DNA of 64,000 nucleotides from an uncultured Planctomycetota bacterium. Its GTDB lineage: Bacteria > Planctomycetota > Planctomycetia > Gemmatales > Gemmataceae. Each line of letters opens with the position of its first letter. Position 1 is the stretch's first letter. The position numbers and the translations under genes are program-made. The notes under the pieces were generated by a model. The model did no database searches. It was not told the origin of the DNA and worked only from the letters and a program-made list of their open reading frames with translations. Of this stretch, positions 21,754-34,327 are shown piece by piece. The stretch covers positions 128,001 through 192,000 of the forward strand of contig CAWKHF010000006.1 in the NCBI GenBank assembly GCA_963849325.1. The letters run 5' to 3'.

Positions 21754-22350
21754 TCACTCTTGCTTCTGCGATAACCGGCCAGGATTCTCATAGAGCAGGA
21801 CAAGGACCGTCTGGGTGAAATCCATCACCCGAACCGCGTCTTCTTTGGAGACGGAGGCAATATGGTGGGCAGCCTGGTTTCCAACCTCGCGTATGTGGTC
21901 AACCCAGGGTAAAGCTCTCGCGGGAATCAGGTTGGCGTCCACGAGTTTCTGAACGCATGTCTGGAAATGCTCCCCTTCCCTCGCCACCCCTTGATTGACG
22001 GCTACGATCATCAGCATCTTCCGGCATAGCAGAGCCACGGCTGTATATGCCCATTCCGTCAAGCAGATGCGTGCCTCGCGGTAAATGCGAACAAGATCAC
22101 TGGGAAGATTGGAGATTTTGGCTCCTGCAAATGGGGAAGGCGTCTGGGATTCGACTACAAGCTCGTTGAAGTAAGTAGGGTTGCCACATCTAGGGCAAAT
22201 CCGAATCTCATCGCGGAGACGATCACCTTCGCGCAATCCAATATATCCTTCGGTCGAAGTCACCTCAAGGTCATCGCAGAAGCGGCAGATGTAAGGCCGC
22301 GGTCCAAGGGTACGAGTATCATGCCATTCTACCAGCATAGGTTGCTCCAT
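21754..22350 (-). CDS. DUF4145 (HEPN-like) protein with N-terminal Zn-ribbon
   Basis: CRFC and CPRC pairs; ALLCRKML; IREVGNQAAH; lower GC than neighbours. Confidence 0.8.
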   Translation of the reverse strand: MEQPMLVEWHDTRTLGPRPYICRFCDDLEVTSTEGYIGLREGDRLRDEIRICPRCGNPTYFNELVVESQTPSPFAGAKISNLPSDLVRIYREARICLTEWAYTAVALLCRKMLMIVAVNQGVAREGEHFQTCVQKLVDANLIPARALPWVDHIREVGNQAAHHIASVSKEDAVRVMDFTQTVLVLLYENPGRLSQKQE

Positions 22351-22658
22351 TGCTCGCGGTGAAACGAGGCAGTGTCACTTGTAGTCCGGGCCCCTCTTCG
22401 CCGAACTATGTTCTTCGGCGGCGTGCCGAAGCAGGTGCTTAGGGCGTGCGCCCTAATTCGGATATTTCAACCCCTGCTATGCCGCACCGTCAAGCGAAAT
22501 CGGTATCGAGGCCGCCATTCCGGAATGGATATGCTTCCCTTCGGTTGACAGCTGCGCGCGGGCGTGGGAGACTGCACATTCTCCGCCCGCCCTCGCGACG
22601 CCCTCGGGGGTCATCGCCCGCTCGGTGGCATCCCACAATCCCCACCCGGAGGCTCCTC

Positions 22659-25600
22659 ATGCGCCTGCGATCCCCTTTGTTTTCGCGCCGATTCGCCGCC
22701 ATCGCCGTCCTGCTCGCCGTCGTCGGCGTCGTGCCGTGGCTGCCGGCCGCGGAGGACGCCGCGGCGCCGGGATTGGTCGCCACCCTGAAGGGACACACGC
22801 GAGGCCGTCTACGCCGTCGCCTTCACGCCGGACGGCAAGTACGTCGTCACCGGCAGCGGCGATCACAGCGTCAAGGTGTGGGACGGCGCCACCGGCAAGG
22901 AGATCAAGAGCTTCGGCGGGCCGACCGGCCATCAGAACCTCGTCCTCAGCGTGTCCGTCAGCGCCGACGGCGGCCTGATCGCTTCGGGCGGCTCCGACAA
23001 CAAGGCCAAGCTCTGGGACTTCCCCAGCTCCAGCCCGCTGCGCGACATCGCCAAGAGCGAAGGCGCCGGCGTCCTCGCCGTCAGCCCCGACGGCACGAAG
23101 CTCGCCGGCGGCGATAAGGATGGGCATGTGAAGATATGGAACAGCGCCGATGGCAAGGAGCTGTTCCAGCTCGACGGGCACCGCGGCCCCGTCACCGGCT
23201 TCGCCTTCAGCGCCAACGGCCAGCTCCTCGTCTCGTGCGGCAGCGATCAGGACGCTGCGTTTCTGGAACCCGGCCAACGGCCAGAGCCGTCGCCGTCATC
23301 GGCGCGCACGCGGCGGCGGTTCGCGGCGTCGCCTTCAGTCCCAACAACAACGCCGTCTACAGCGCCGGCGCCGACGGCAGCCTTGAAGTTCTGGGCGCTG
23401 CCGCCGGTCGCCTCGAAACCGCTGGGCGCGCCGCACGGCGACGCCGTGACGCGCCCTGGCTCTGTCGGCGGACGGCAATTCGCTCGTCTCCGCCAGCGCC
23501 GACAAGAGCGTGCGCCTGGCGAACGCGGCGAACGGCCAGCTGGTCCGCGATTTCACGGGGGCGGCGGCGGCCGTCGAGTCGCGTGGCCCTGTCGCCCAAT
23601 GGCGCCTTGATCGCGGCGGGTACAGCCGACAGACGCCTGCTCGTCTGGCAAGCCAAGGATGGCCAAGTGCTCGCCAACGTCGCGCAGCCCGGCGACGGGC
23701 CTCGCCTTCAACCCCGCCTCGAACCAGCTTCTGACCGGCGGCGGCGACGGCGCGCTCAAGCTGTGGGCCATGCCGCCGGCGCCGGAGCGGATGCTGACGC
23801 ATCCCGACGCCGTGCGTGCGGCGGTCGGTCAGCGCCGACGGCAAGCGGCTGTTCACCGGCGGCGCCGACAAGATCGTCCGCGCCTGGAACCTGGCCGATC
23901 CACAGCAGCCGGAGCGCCAGTTCTCCGGCCACACCGCCGCCGTCAACGCCGTCGCCGTCAGCGCCAATGGCAAGCTCCTCGCCTCGGCCGGCGACGATGA
24001 GACGATCCGCTTCTGGAACCAGACCAACGGCCAGCAGACCGCCTTCATCGGCGCCCACGCCGGCCCGGTGACGAGCCTGTCCTTCAACGCCGGCGGGCAA
24101 GTGCTGTCGGCGTCGGCGGACGGCAGCGTCAAGCTGTGGCAGCCGCCGGCCGCGGCGGCGAAGCTGCTCGCCCATCCCGGCCAGGTCACCAGCGCCGTCC
24201 TCAGCCCCGATGGCACGCGTCTGCTGACCGGCTGCGGCGACAAGCAGGTCCGCCTGTGGAACCTGACGCACCGGCCAGGTCGAGCGGCCATTCGCCGGCC
24301 ACACGCTCGGCGTCCTGTGCGTGGCGATGAATGCGGCCGGCACGCAGGTCGCCGCCGGCGGCGCCGACAAGACGCTGCTTCGTCTGGGAGACGGCGACCG
24401 CCAAGGAGATCAAGAAATTCGCCCTCGCCGCCGCCGTCAACAGCGTGGCGTTTTCGCCCGACGGCAAGCTCCCTCGCCGCCGGCCTCGCCGATAACAGCA
24501 TTCACCTCTTCGACCTGGCGATGGGCAAGGAAATCAAGACGCTCACCGGACATACCGGAGCCGTCAACGCGCTGTCGTTCACCGCCAAGGGCGATCAGCT
24601 CGTCTCGGCCAGCGCCGACAAGACGGTGCAGGTGTGGACCGTCGCCGACGGCAAAGTCGAAGACGAAGCTGGAGCACGGCGCGGCGGTGCAGGCGCTGGC
24701 TCTGAGCAAGGACGGCGCCCGCGTGGCGGCCGGCGGCGCGGACAAAACGGTCAAGGTCTGGACGCTGGCCGACGGCAAGCCGCAGGCGACGATCGCCACG
24801 CCCGCCGCCGTGCACGGCGTCGCGCTTCAGCCCGGATGGCACGCGCCTGCTGGTCGGCGGCGCGGACAACAAGGCCCGCGTCTACGGATCGATGGCCAGC
24901 TCGTCGAGTTCTTCCCGCACGAGGGGCCGGTACTCGCCGTCGCTTTCCACGGCGACGGCAAGCGTCGTCTTCACCGCCAGCGCCGACAAGACGGTGCGGC
25001 CGTGGTCGCTGTCGCTGTTGTGGCAGGCGCGCCACGCCGGCCCGGTGCGGCAGGCGCTGTTCAACGGCCGCGGCGATCGCGTCGTCTCCTGCGGCGACGA
25101 CAAGACGATCAAGGTCTGGAACGCCGCCGACGGCAAGCTCGTCCAGTCGCTCGACGCCCACGACGGTCCCGTCGCCGGCGTCGCCGTCAACGCCGACGCC
25201 ACGCGCCTCGTCTCGTGCGGCGCCGACAAGACGGTGAAGGTCTTCGCGCTGCCGGCCAAGCCGGACGCCAAGGAAGAAAAGCCCGTCGTCCTCACGCTGC
25301 CGGCGGCCGCCTCCGCCGTGGCCCTCAGTCCCAACGGTCGGCGCGTCGCCGTCGCCGTCGCCGGCGCGAAGACCTCGCGATGTCCACGTCTTCGACGCCG
25401 CCAGCGGCAAGGAGCTGCTCGTCTTCGCCGAGCACGCCGGGGCGATCCGCGCGCTCGAGCTTCCTCGCCGACAATCGCACGCTCGTCTCGGCCGGCGCGG
25501 ACAAGATCGGTTCGTCTCTCGGACATGAACGTGCTCGCATCTTTCGATGCCCACGCCGGCGGCGTGACGAGCGTGGCGTTCCACACCAACGGCACGCAGG

Positions 25601-27332
25601 CGCTCTCGGCCGGCGCGGACAAGACCGTCAAGCTGTGGGACGTGACGAAAGGCCAGGTGCTCAAGACGTTCGGCCCGCTGCCGGAGGCGGTCCGCGCCGT
25701 CGCCTTCAACCGCGCCGGCACGCAGATCGGCGCGGCCGCCGGCAAGACGGTGACGGTGTGGAACGTCGCCGACGGCAAGGAAGTGCGCAAGCTGGAGCAT
25801 CCGGCCGAGGTGGCGGGCCTGTCGTTCAGCGCCGACGGCACGCGCCTGGCGACCGCCGCGGCCGACAACGAGGTCCGCGTCTGGGAGCTGGCCACCGGCA
25901 ACGAATTGCAGGCGTTCCTCCACGCCGGCACCCGTACGCGCCGTCGCCTGTCACGCCGGCAACAATGCGCTCGTCCTCTCCGGCAGCGCCGACAAGACCG
26001 TCGCCCTGCACACGATGACGGTGGCGCGCGTGCTGTCCGCCGGCGCCCCGCTGCGCGCCGTGGCCGTCACCGCCAACGGCACGCACGTCCTGACGGCCGG
26101 CGACGACGGCAAGGTCAAGCTGTGGAACGCCGGCACCGGCGCCAACGACCGCACCCTGGACGGCGGCGGCAAGGCGCTGCATGCCCTGGCCGTGTCGAAA
26201 AACAACGTCCTGCTCGCGGCCGGCGGCGACGATCGGACTGTGCGCGTCTTCACCTTCGCCGACGGCAAACTGCTCGCCGAGATCAAAGCGCCCGGCGTCG
26301 TCCGCAGTCTGACGTTCACGCCCAACAGCCAGACGCTCGCCGCCGCCTGCGTCCCGCCGGAGGGTGGTCCTGCCGCAACAGGCGTCATCCAGACGTGGAA
26401 CGTCGTCTACAATCCCGGCCAGCCGGTGCCGGCCGAGTTCGGCAAGCCGGTACAGACCTACGCCGGCGCCGGCGCGGTCGCCGACGTCGCCTTCGCCGGC
26501 AACGGCAGCACCTTCTACTCCGGCAGCGCCGACAAGGCGATCAAGGTGTGGAAGTTCGCCGCCGACACGCCGGCGAAGACATTTCCAGCACCCCAACCTC
26601 GTCGATGCGGTGGCCTTCAACCCGGACGGCACGCAGCTGGCAACCGGCTGTCACGATGGCCGGGTGCGCATCTTCGACGTGGCCAAGGGCACGGTGGTCC
26701 GCGAGATCCAGGCCCACGTCACCATGCCGCAGCCGTCCGCCGTCTACTGCCTGGCCTGGAGCGCCGACGGCAAACAGATCGTCTCCGGCAGCTTCGATCA
26801 CAGCCTGAAACTGTGGAACGCCGCCGACGGCAAGCTGATCCGCGAGTTCAAGGGCTACGAGGACAAGAAGTTCGAGAAGGGCCACCGCGACGGCGTGTCG
26901 TGTCGCTGGCGCTGGCGCCGGACGGCAAGACGCTGGCCTCGGCCGGCGGCTGGGACCACGCCGATCAAGATCTGGAACGTCGCCGACGGCAGCGTGCTGC
27001 GCGAGCTGACCAATCCGACCATCAAGGCCGGCGCCGGGCCGCAATCGCCGCAGGCCCATCCGGGCGTGGTGTACGCGCTGCGCTACACGCCGGACGGCAA
27101 GCGTCTGGTCAGCGTCGGCGGAGCGCCGCGGAACCAGGGCTATTTGGCGATCTGGAACGCCGCCGACGGCAAGATGCTGTACGGCGGCGAGCAGGCGCTG
27201 GGCACGCTGTTCTCGCTGGCGGTGTCGCCGGACGGCAAGTTCCTGGCCGTCGGCAGCGGCGGCGGTGCCAACGCCGCCGGCGAGGAGGGCAACAGGAATA
27301 ATGCCTATGTGATGAAGCTGCCGACGAAGTAA
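22659..27332 (+). CDS. Very large secreted WD40-repeat protein (about 1550 aa, many apparent indels)
   Basis: Signal peptide; continuous GH...V..VAFSPDG...SG.D.TVK.W repeats across successive frames. Confidence 0.88.
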
Positions 27333-27362
27333 GACAGGCAACGGAGAGGGCCGGTGCCGGCC

Positions 27363-27803
27363 TCAGAAATCTAGGGTGAACTGCTGGCCGGGACCGTCGA
27401 GGAGCAGCCGGCAGTCCAGCAGAATGTCCAGGCCGATCAGCACCTCGACATCGGGGATGGGGTCTGCCAGTTCCATCACCATCAGATCGCCTCGCGTCAG
27501 CATCGGTCCGGGGAGATTGCCCACCGGAGCAATGCTCAGGCTGACCTCGAACAGTTGAACCGGGACGGATCGACGCGCCGTCTGCGTACGGGTTTGGGCG
27601 GCGGTGGAAATCCCCAACTGCTGGATGATGGCCGTTGCCACGCAGCTAATGCTCGATCCGGTGTCGAGGATTCCGGTCGCCCAAATGGGAACGGGTGGCG
27701 GTTGCCCGGCGGCGATCAAGGCCATCATCGTCGGATGATTTAGGCTAATCATCACCGCCAACCGGAGCTCGTTTTGCTGAATCGGGAAAGTTAGCTGGGA
27801 CAT
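27363..27803 (-). CDS. Clan AA aspartic-protease-like protein
   Basis: GILDTGSSISC; EVLIGLDIL. Confidence 0.8.
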   Translation of the reverse strand: MSQLTFPIQQNELRLAVMISLNHPTMMALIAAGQPPPVPIWATGILDTGSSISCVATAIIQQLGISTAAQTRTQTARRSVPVQLFEVSLSIAPVGNLPGPMLTRGDLMVMELADPIPDVEVLIGLDILLDCRLLLDGPGQQFTLDF

Positions 27804-28171
27804 GGCCAATGACGTCTCAGGCGCAGGAATCGTTCGCGCTCTTGGATCTGGTGGACGAGGAAGGCTTGGAGCAGGAATTTTTGATGGGCTATCCTCAGAG
27901 CTTCCTCTTGCCTTTCCCAGATGCCGATGATCTCTCGCCCTTTGATGAGGATGTATTTTCCCTCATTCCCCTCGGCGAGGAGCCGGCCGACTTCTCGACG
28001 ATAGGTTTCCCACTCCTCGCCGAGCACGTCGCCGGGCCGGGCCGCGGGCAGCTCGGTGTAATGGATGGTCGGCGGCGGGGAAGGGGGCGGCGGAGGCTGC
28101 TGGCGATAGCGCTCCCAGGCCTCGCGGTGGATTCGCGCCACCAGATCGTGTCCGTCCTCGTTCATGGTCAT
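27791..28171 (-). CDS. Small hypothetical protein (DUF5678-like), coupled to the protease gene
   Basis: EWETYRREVGRLLAEGNEGKYILIKGREIIGIW; overlaps the next start. Confidence 0.65.
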   Translation of the reverse strand: MTMNEDGHDLVARIHREAWERYRQQPPPPPSPPPTIHYTELPAARPGDVLGEEWETYRREVGRLLAEGNEGKYILIKGREIIGIWERQEEALRIAHQKFLLQAFLVHQIQERERFLRLRRHWPCPS

Positions 28172-28357
28172 CCCTCCTTGAGGGAGGACGATACCAGATC
28201 GTCGGCCGACGGGCAGCGCCAGTCCCTATCGTAACCGTGGGCGACCCGAGCGCCAAAGACGCCGGGATTCATTGGTCTGACGCTCTGTCGTAGAGTACAA
28301 ACGAGGAAGAGGCGCCGGCGCCTCGGTGCGGACGGGGACTCAGTCGGGAGCACGTCG

Positions 28358-31300
28358 ATGCGATTGGCGGAGCTGCAACAGGCCTTGCGCGCGGCCGACC
28401 CGGCGGCGGTGCTGGTGCCGCCGCGCGTGCTCGATCGCTTGATCCAGGCCCAGCACCAGCTGTCCAACCTGTTCGAGTCCGTGCCGCATCGCAAAGGCTA
28501 CGTCGTCGATCGATCCACCCTGTACCGCTACGTCGAGCAGGACGAGCTGGACCTGGAACCGGATCGTCTGCTGCCGTCAACGGTCATTCTGCTGGCGCGG
28601 CCGTCGCCGAACACCCTGGGGACGCAGGAACGCGAGACCATCCTGCTCATCTACTGGCGGCGACTGTTCCACGCCGCCGTCCATCGTAGTTTGCGACAGC
28701 AGATCGGCGAGGGCCGGCTGACCGCCGCCCTGGTCCGCGAACGCATCGAGGACATCGGCGCCGGCACCTTCGCCGAAATCCGCATGGTGCTCGATCAGGA
28801 AAAGTATCTGCTGCCCGACGAGGGCGACGAAACGGCCGTTTACATGGAGTTCGCCGCGGTTTATCTGGAGCTGCGCTACTTCGCGGCCAACCTGCTGCCG
28901 ATCTACTTCCCCGGCCTGTCCGACCGCGGCAAAATCGACGCCTTGCTGGCGCGCGACGTGGACGCGGCCGGCCTGTTCGCCCAGACCCGCCTGGCCGGCA
29001 TCGCCGACCCGGTCGTGCGCACCGATACCAGCTCCGACGAATCGCACGATTACTACTGGAAGCTGATGGGCACCGCCGACCAGGCGGAGCACGAGGGCAA
29101 CACCGTTCGCGCGGCCATCCTGCGCACCAAGGCCGCCCGTGTCGCTCCGGCGTCGCTGGAAGAGCCGACGCGGCAGCAGGGCCCATGAAGACCTGCGGCA
29201 GTTGACTCGCCGTTTGCAGAGCGGCCCTGGAGTTGAGCGAACGCGAGGCGGACGAATGGCTCATGGACCTGCCGGCCCTTCTGGACAAGGCCGACCAGGG
29301 CAGTTGGCCGGTCGAGGCGGCGCTGCTGTACGACCTGCAAAAAGTCGGCGTCGATCACGAGCGCGACATCTACGCCCTGGACCTGGTGACCTGGCTGACC
29401 TCCGGCGGCCGACGGCCGATCAAGCGGCCGTTGCCCAGTCAGCGGCTGGTGCGCATCACCAAGCACCTGCGCAGCGCCGCCCAGCGTTTGACCCAGGCTC
29501 GCCTGTCCGACGACGAACGGCAGCACCTGGCCCGCCTGTTGCAAGCGGCCCTGCACCACTGCGAGGAACGGCTGCGCGGCCGTTTCCGTCCCGTGCTCAC
29601 CGACGCCCTGTCGAGCGTCGGCCTGCAGCCGGCCAACCCGCCGGAGCGCACCGCCTTCGCCCGCATGATCGAGGAGATGCTCGACCGCATCGTCGAGCTG
29701 GGCTTTTTGACGTTCAGCGACCTGCGCGACACCATCTCGCGCAACCAACTCAAGATGCCGGACCTGGGCGACCCGCAGGAGTTCGTGCGCGGCGATCCGC
29801 TGCTGCGGCTGGACCGTCGGCTGGCGACGGCGCTGGACGGCGTGTATCGGCCCAGCGAGGTGTATCTGCGCTGGCTGGAGCGCCTGACGGCGCCGGCGTT
29901 CGGCACGGTCTCGGGCCGCTGGCTGGTGCTGTTTGTGCTGCTGCCGTTCGGCGGCGCGGCGGTGATGGTGCAAGGCGCTCAAGTGCTCGTCGGGCATTTC
30001 CAGCCGGCGGTCGTGCCCAGCCGCGGCGACCAGGGCGAGGAAGCGGAGCGGCCGGCGCCGTCCGAGGACGCGGAGGGCTCCGAGACCTCGGCGGAGCGCA
30101 TCGGCGTCGAGAAGCTGGAACTACCCTTGTCCTGGAAGCTGGCGGCGATCGCCCTGCTGGGGTTGTTCCTGCTGGCGCTGTTGCACGTCGAATCGTTCCG
30201 CCAGGGCTGCAAGCAGACGCTGGTGCTGACCTACCGCGCGCTGCGCGGCCTGCTGATCGATCTGCCGGTCTACCTGGCGCGTCGGCCTCTGGTGCAGAAA
30301 GCCCTCAAGAGCTGGGCGTTTCAACTGTTGTGGTCGTTCGCGTTCAAGCCGGCGGTGGTGTGCGCCGTGCTGTGGTGGCTGCTGCCGAAAGCCTTCGCCA
30401 GCTGGCAGGTCGGCTGCATTACCTTCCTGCTCGTGGCCATTGTCCTGAACTCGCGGTGTCGGCAAGGCCGTCGGCGAGGCGCTGATGCAATCGCTGGCGA
30501 ACGTCTACGAGCTGCTGCGGGCCGGCCTGCTGCCCGGCCTGCTGCGCCTGCTGTTGTGGGCGTTCAAGCAGACCATCGACACGATGGAATACGTGCTGCA
30601 CACCGTCGATGAATGGCTGCGCTTCCGTCAAGGTGACAGCCAGTTGTCGCTGCTGGTGCGCACCGTCGCCGGCCTGCTGTGGTATCCGGTGGCCTGGCTG
30701 GCGCGCTTCTACCTGGTGGTGCTGATCGAGCCGGGCTTCAACCCGCTCAAGGCGCCGGTGTCGTACCTGGCGGCGAAGTTCATGGTGCCCCTCGTCAAGC
30801 CGTTGACGGAGGGACTGGTGCATCCGCTGGAGCCGGTGCTGGGACCGATCCTGGCCTGGATGATCGCCGTGCCGACGGTGTGGCTGTTGCCGGACCTGTT
30901 CGGCTTCCTGTTCTGGGAGACCAAGGAGAACTGGCGGCTGTACCGGGCCAACCGCGAGCGGTTGCTGCGTCCGGTCGGCGTCGGGCCGCACGGCGAGACG
31001 GTACGGCAACTGTTGCAGCCGGGTTTCCACTCCGGCACGGTGCCGAAGCTGTACGCTCGGCTGCGCCAGGCCGAGCGCGAGGCCATCCGCACCGGCAGTT
31101 GGCGAACCGCGCGGACGTGTCGCCGTGCCCTGGCCGAGGTCGAGCAGACCCTTCGCCGGCTGGTCGAACGCGAGCTGGTCAAGCTGCTGCAAGAGAGTCC
31201 GCGCTGGAAGGGCGAGCCGTTGCGCGTCGGCGGCGTGATGCTGACGCCGACGCGCATCGGCATCGAGTTGACGCAGATCGAGCGGAGTGGGTCCGGTGCG

Positions 31301-31769
31301 TCTGGAGTGGGAGGACCAGGCCGGCTGGCTGGTGGCGGGTATCCGCGAGCCGGGTTGGCTGGAGTCGTTGGCCGAGGAGCCGCGACAAGCGGTGACGACG
31401 GCCCTGGCCGGGCTGTACAAGCTGGCCGGCATCGACCTGGTGCGCGAGCAGATGCGGCCAACGCTGCCGGCGGCGGCGTCCGGCTTCACGCTGACGCCGC
31501 GCGACCTGGTGCTGGAGGTCGGCCCGCACCACGCGCCGGCCGTCCGTTATGACCTGACCAAACCCAAGGGTCCGCTCAGGCCGCGCACCCTGACCGGAGC
31601 GCCGGCGCCGGACTGGCCGACCCTCGATCCGAAGCGGCTGATCTTCGCGCGGGTGCCGCTGTCGTGGCAGCAGTGGGTCGAAAGCTGGCAGGGCAACCCC
31701 GACGGCAAGCCGCCGCGGACCTTGCTCAGTTCCGGCGTATGGCTCCTGCCGGCGGCGTCAGTGGGGTGA
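28358..31769 (+). CDS. Large hypothetical membrane protein (frameshifted)
   Basis: Consecutive ORFs 28358-29188, 29233-30612, 30485-31552, 31287-31769 with coding-like codon bias; several TM segments. Confidence 0.7.
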
Positions 31770-31781
31770 GGAGGCCGGTCC

Positions 31782-32699
31782 ATGCCCCTGCCCTTCGACG
31801 CCACGCTCAAAGACATCCTGCGGAAGTTCACGCGCGACTTCGAGGAGCAGTTCGGCCTGGTCGGCCCGCAGCCGGCCGTGGTACTCAACGTCGATCTGTC
31901 CACCATCAGCGCCGCCACGGACATCGTGCTCGGCTACGGCGATCCGCCGGTCGGTCTGGTGGACCTCAATTTCCAGTCCGGCCGCGACGCCGACCTGCCC
32001 CGCCGTCTGCTGATGTACAACGCCCTGCTGCACCATCGCTATGGTGTGCCGGTGCATAGCGTGGTCGTGCTGCTGCGTCCGGCGGCCGATGGTCCCGAAC
32101 TGACCAGCGAGCTGCGCTATCAGGGCCGGCCGCGACGCGGCCGGGTGCTGTTCCGCTACGAGGTCGTGCGCCTGTGGCAGCGTCCGGTACGGCGGCTGCT
32201 GGAAGGCCATCGGGGTACGCTGCCCTTGGCGCCGCTGTGTCGTTTGCCGGAAAATGTATCCGCGGAGGATGCGCTGGCCGCAGTAATTCGCCGCCTCGAT
32301 GAACGGCTGCGGCGTGAGGTGCCGCCGGAAGAAGCCGCGCTATTGCTCAATGCGACCTATGTGCTGATCGGACTGCGTGTCTCGCGTGAAGTGGCGGCCC
32401 AGTTATTTCAAGGAGTGCGAAGCATGAGAGAATCCAGTACCTATCAGGCTATCCTTGACGAGGGCCGTCAGGAGGGCCGTCAGGAGGGCCGTCAGGAGGG
32501 CCGTCAGGAGGGGCTTCAGGAAGGGGAAAAGAAGGGTATTCGCGGGATGATTCTGCGACAAGGGCAGCACAAATTTGGTTCGCCGAGCGACGTCACAACC
32601 ACCGCCCTCACGGCCATCACGGACCTGGAACGCCTTCAGCGGATGGCCGATCGACTTCTCATCGTGTCTACCTGGGACGAACTGCTGGCGACGCCGTGA
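31782..32699 (+). CDS. Rpn family recombination-promoting nuclease/putative transposase-like protein
   Basis: PFDATLK, FQSGRD..LPRRLLMYN, MRESSTYQAILDEG, (EGRQ)n, ITDLERL. Confidence 0.82.
   Translation: MPLPFDATLKDILRKFTRDFEEQFGLVGPQPAVVLNVDLSTISAATDIVLGYGDPPVGLVDLNFQSGRDADLPRRLLMYNALLHHRYGVPVHSVVVLLRPAADGPELTSELRYQGRPRRGRVLFRYEVVRLWQRPVRRLLEGHRGTLPLAPLCRLPENVSAEDALAAVIRRLDERLRREVPPEEAALLLNATYVLIGLRVSREVAAQLFQGVRSMRESSTYQAILDEGRQEGRQEGRQEGRQEGLQEGEKKGIRGMILRQGQHKFGSPSDVTTTALTAITDLERLQRMADRLLIVSTWDELLATP
32459..32523 (+). repeat. 12-bp coding tandem repeat GAGGGCCGTCAG x4 (EGRQ)
   Basis: Direct reading. Confidence 0.85.
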
Positions 32700-34156
32700 T
32701 TACAGCAACTCACGGATGGGCTGGCCGTTCTCGACGACGTAGCGCGGCCGGCCGCTGGTGTCGGCGTAGGTCGCGTCCAGCGGCACGCCCATGTGCTGAT
32801 AGATCGTCGCCGCCAGATCGCCGGGCGTGACCGGCCGTTCCTTGATGGTGCCGCCGTCCTTCTCGGTGGCGCCGATCACCTGTCCGTGGCGCAGGCCGCC
32901 GCCGGCCACGGCCATCGACATGACCACCGGCCAATGATTGCGGCCATCCGTGCTGCCCTGCGTGCCCATCGTCGGCGTCCGGCCAAACTCCCCCATCGCC
33001 AGCACCAGCACGTTGTCGAGCAGGCCGCGTTCGTCCAGGTCGTCGACCAGCGTGGTGAGGAGATGATCGAACAGCGGCAAGAGCGGACGCAGTCCCTTCT
33101 GGATGCCGCCGTAGGGCGGGATGTTGTCGCCGTGCGTGTCCCAGGTGCCGGAGGCGGAGTGATAGCTGAGGTCCAGCGTCACGAACGCCGCCCCCGCCTC
33201 GACCAACCGCCGCGCCAACAGCGCCTGCTGGCACCACAGATGTTTGCCGTAACGATCGCGCACCCGGTCGGGTTCCTGCGACAGATCGAAGGCGCACTGC
33301 GCCCGCCGGCCGACGATCAGTTCGACCGCCTGCTGGCCGTAACGGTCCATCGCCTCCATCACGCCGGACGTGTCCAGATCGTTGCGCAGTCGATCGAAGT
33401 CCTTGACGAGCGTTCGCCGTTCGTGGATGCGTTCCTGGCTCAGTCCCAGCGGCAGACGGAACAGGTCGGCGTCGGTCATGCGGCCGGTGTCCTCGCCGAC
33501 GTTGGTGTAGATCGGCAGCCGGGCCGCCTGGTCGGCGATGAACGGATCGTACGGCTTGCCGAGGTAGCCGCCGAAGGCCAGGTGCGAGCGCGACTTCATG
33601 AAGGCGACATAGGGCGGCATGCCGGGGTGGTTCGGCCCGTGCAGCTTGGCGACGACCGAGCCGATGGCCGGGTACAGGCGGCCGCGCGGGTTGACGCGCG
33701 GAGCAGCCTCGACGTTGCCGGTCTGGAAGACCATGTTCGGCTCGTGATTGCTGTGGCGCGCATCGACGGAGCGGATCAGGGTGAAGCGGTCGAGCAGGGC
33801 GGCCATGCGCGGCAGGTGTTCGCAGAAGCGGACGCCGGGCAACTTCGTGGCGATGGTGCCGAAGGGACCGCGATTCTCCACGGGCCGATCCGGCTTGGGA
33901 TCCCAGGTGTCGATGTGGCTCGGCCCGCCGGTCATCCACAAGAGAATGACACTTTTGCCGTCCGGCGCGGTTCGTGCCTCCGAGACGGCGCGGCGCGCTG
34001 CCGCAGTAGGTCCGGCAGGCTGAGTCCGGCGAGACCAGCGAGTCCGGCCTTGAGCATATTGCGACGGCTCAGCAGCGTCAGACCTTCGCGCTGGAGCGGA
34101 CGGAAGCCGATGAAGGCGTGTTGATGCGCGTGGGCGCGGCGGCCGGGATCGTTCAT
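32700..34156 (-). CDS. DUF1501 domain protein with Tat-like signal (frameshift near 33950-34000)
   Basis: SRRNMLKAG; WMTGGPSHIDTWDPKP; ALLARRLVEAG; WDTH; GEFGRTP; GRNHW. Confidence 0.93.
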
Positions 34157-34327
34157 GGAGTCGCTCTCCGCCGAGGCAGGGCTAGAAAAAACTATACCCG
34201 TGGGAGGAGAGGGATGCAAGGATTGCCCGGAGCCGGCCCGCGCTTGACCGATTGCTGGCGGAGGGAGAGAATGAGGCGAGCAATGAGGGGGAGTTTCGGA
34301 AGGGTCCGACGGTCGGAGGAGGAGCCG

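Noticed and set aside
31782-32699. Rpn-like gene as an insertion sequence
   Set aside because: No terminal inverted repeats or target duplication seen; EGRQ repeats are normal for the family.
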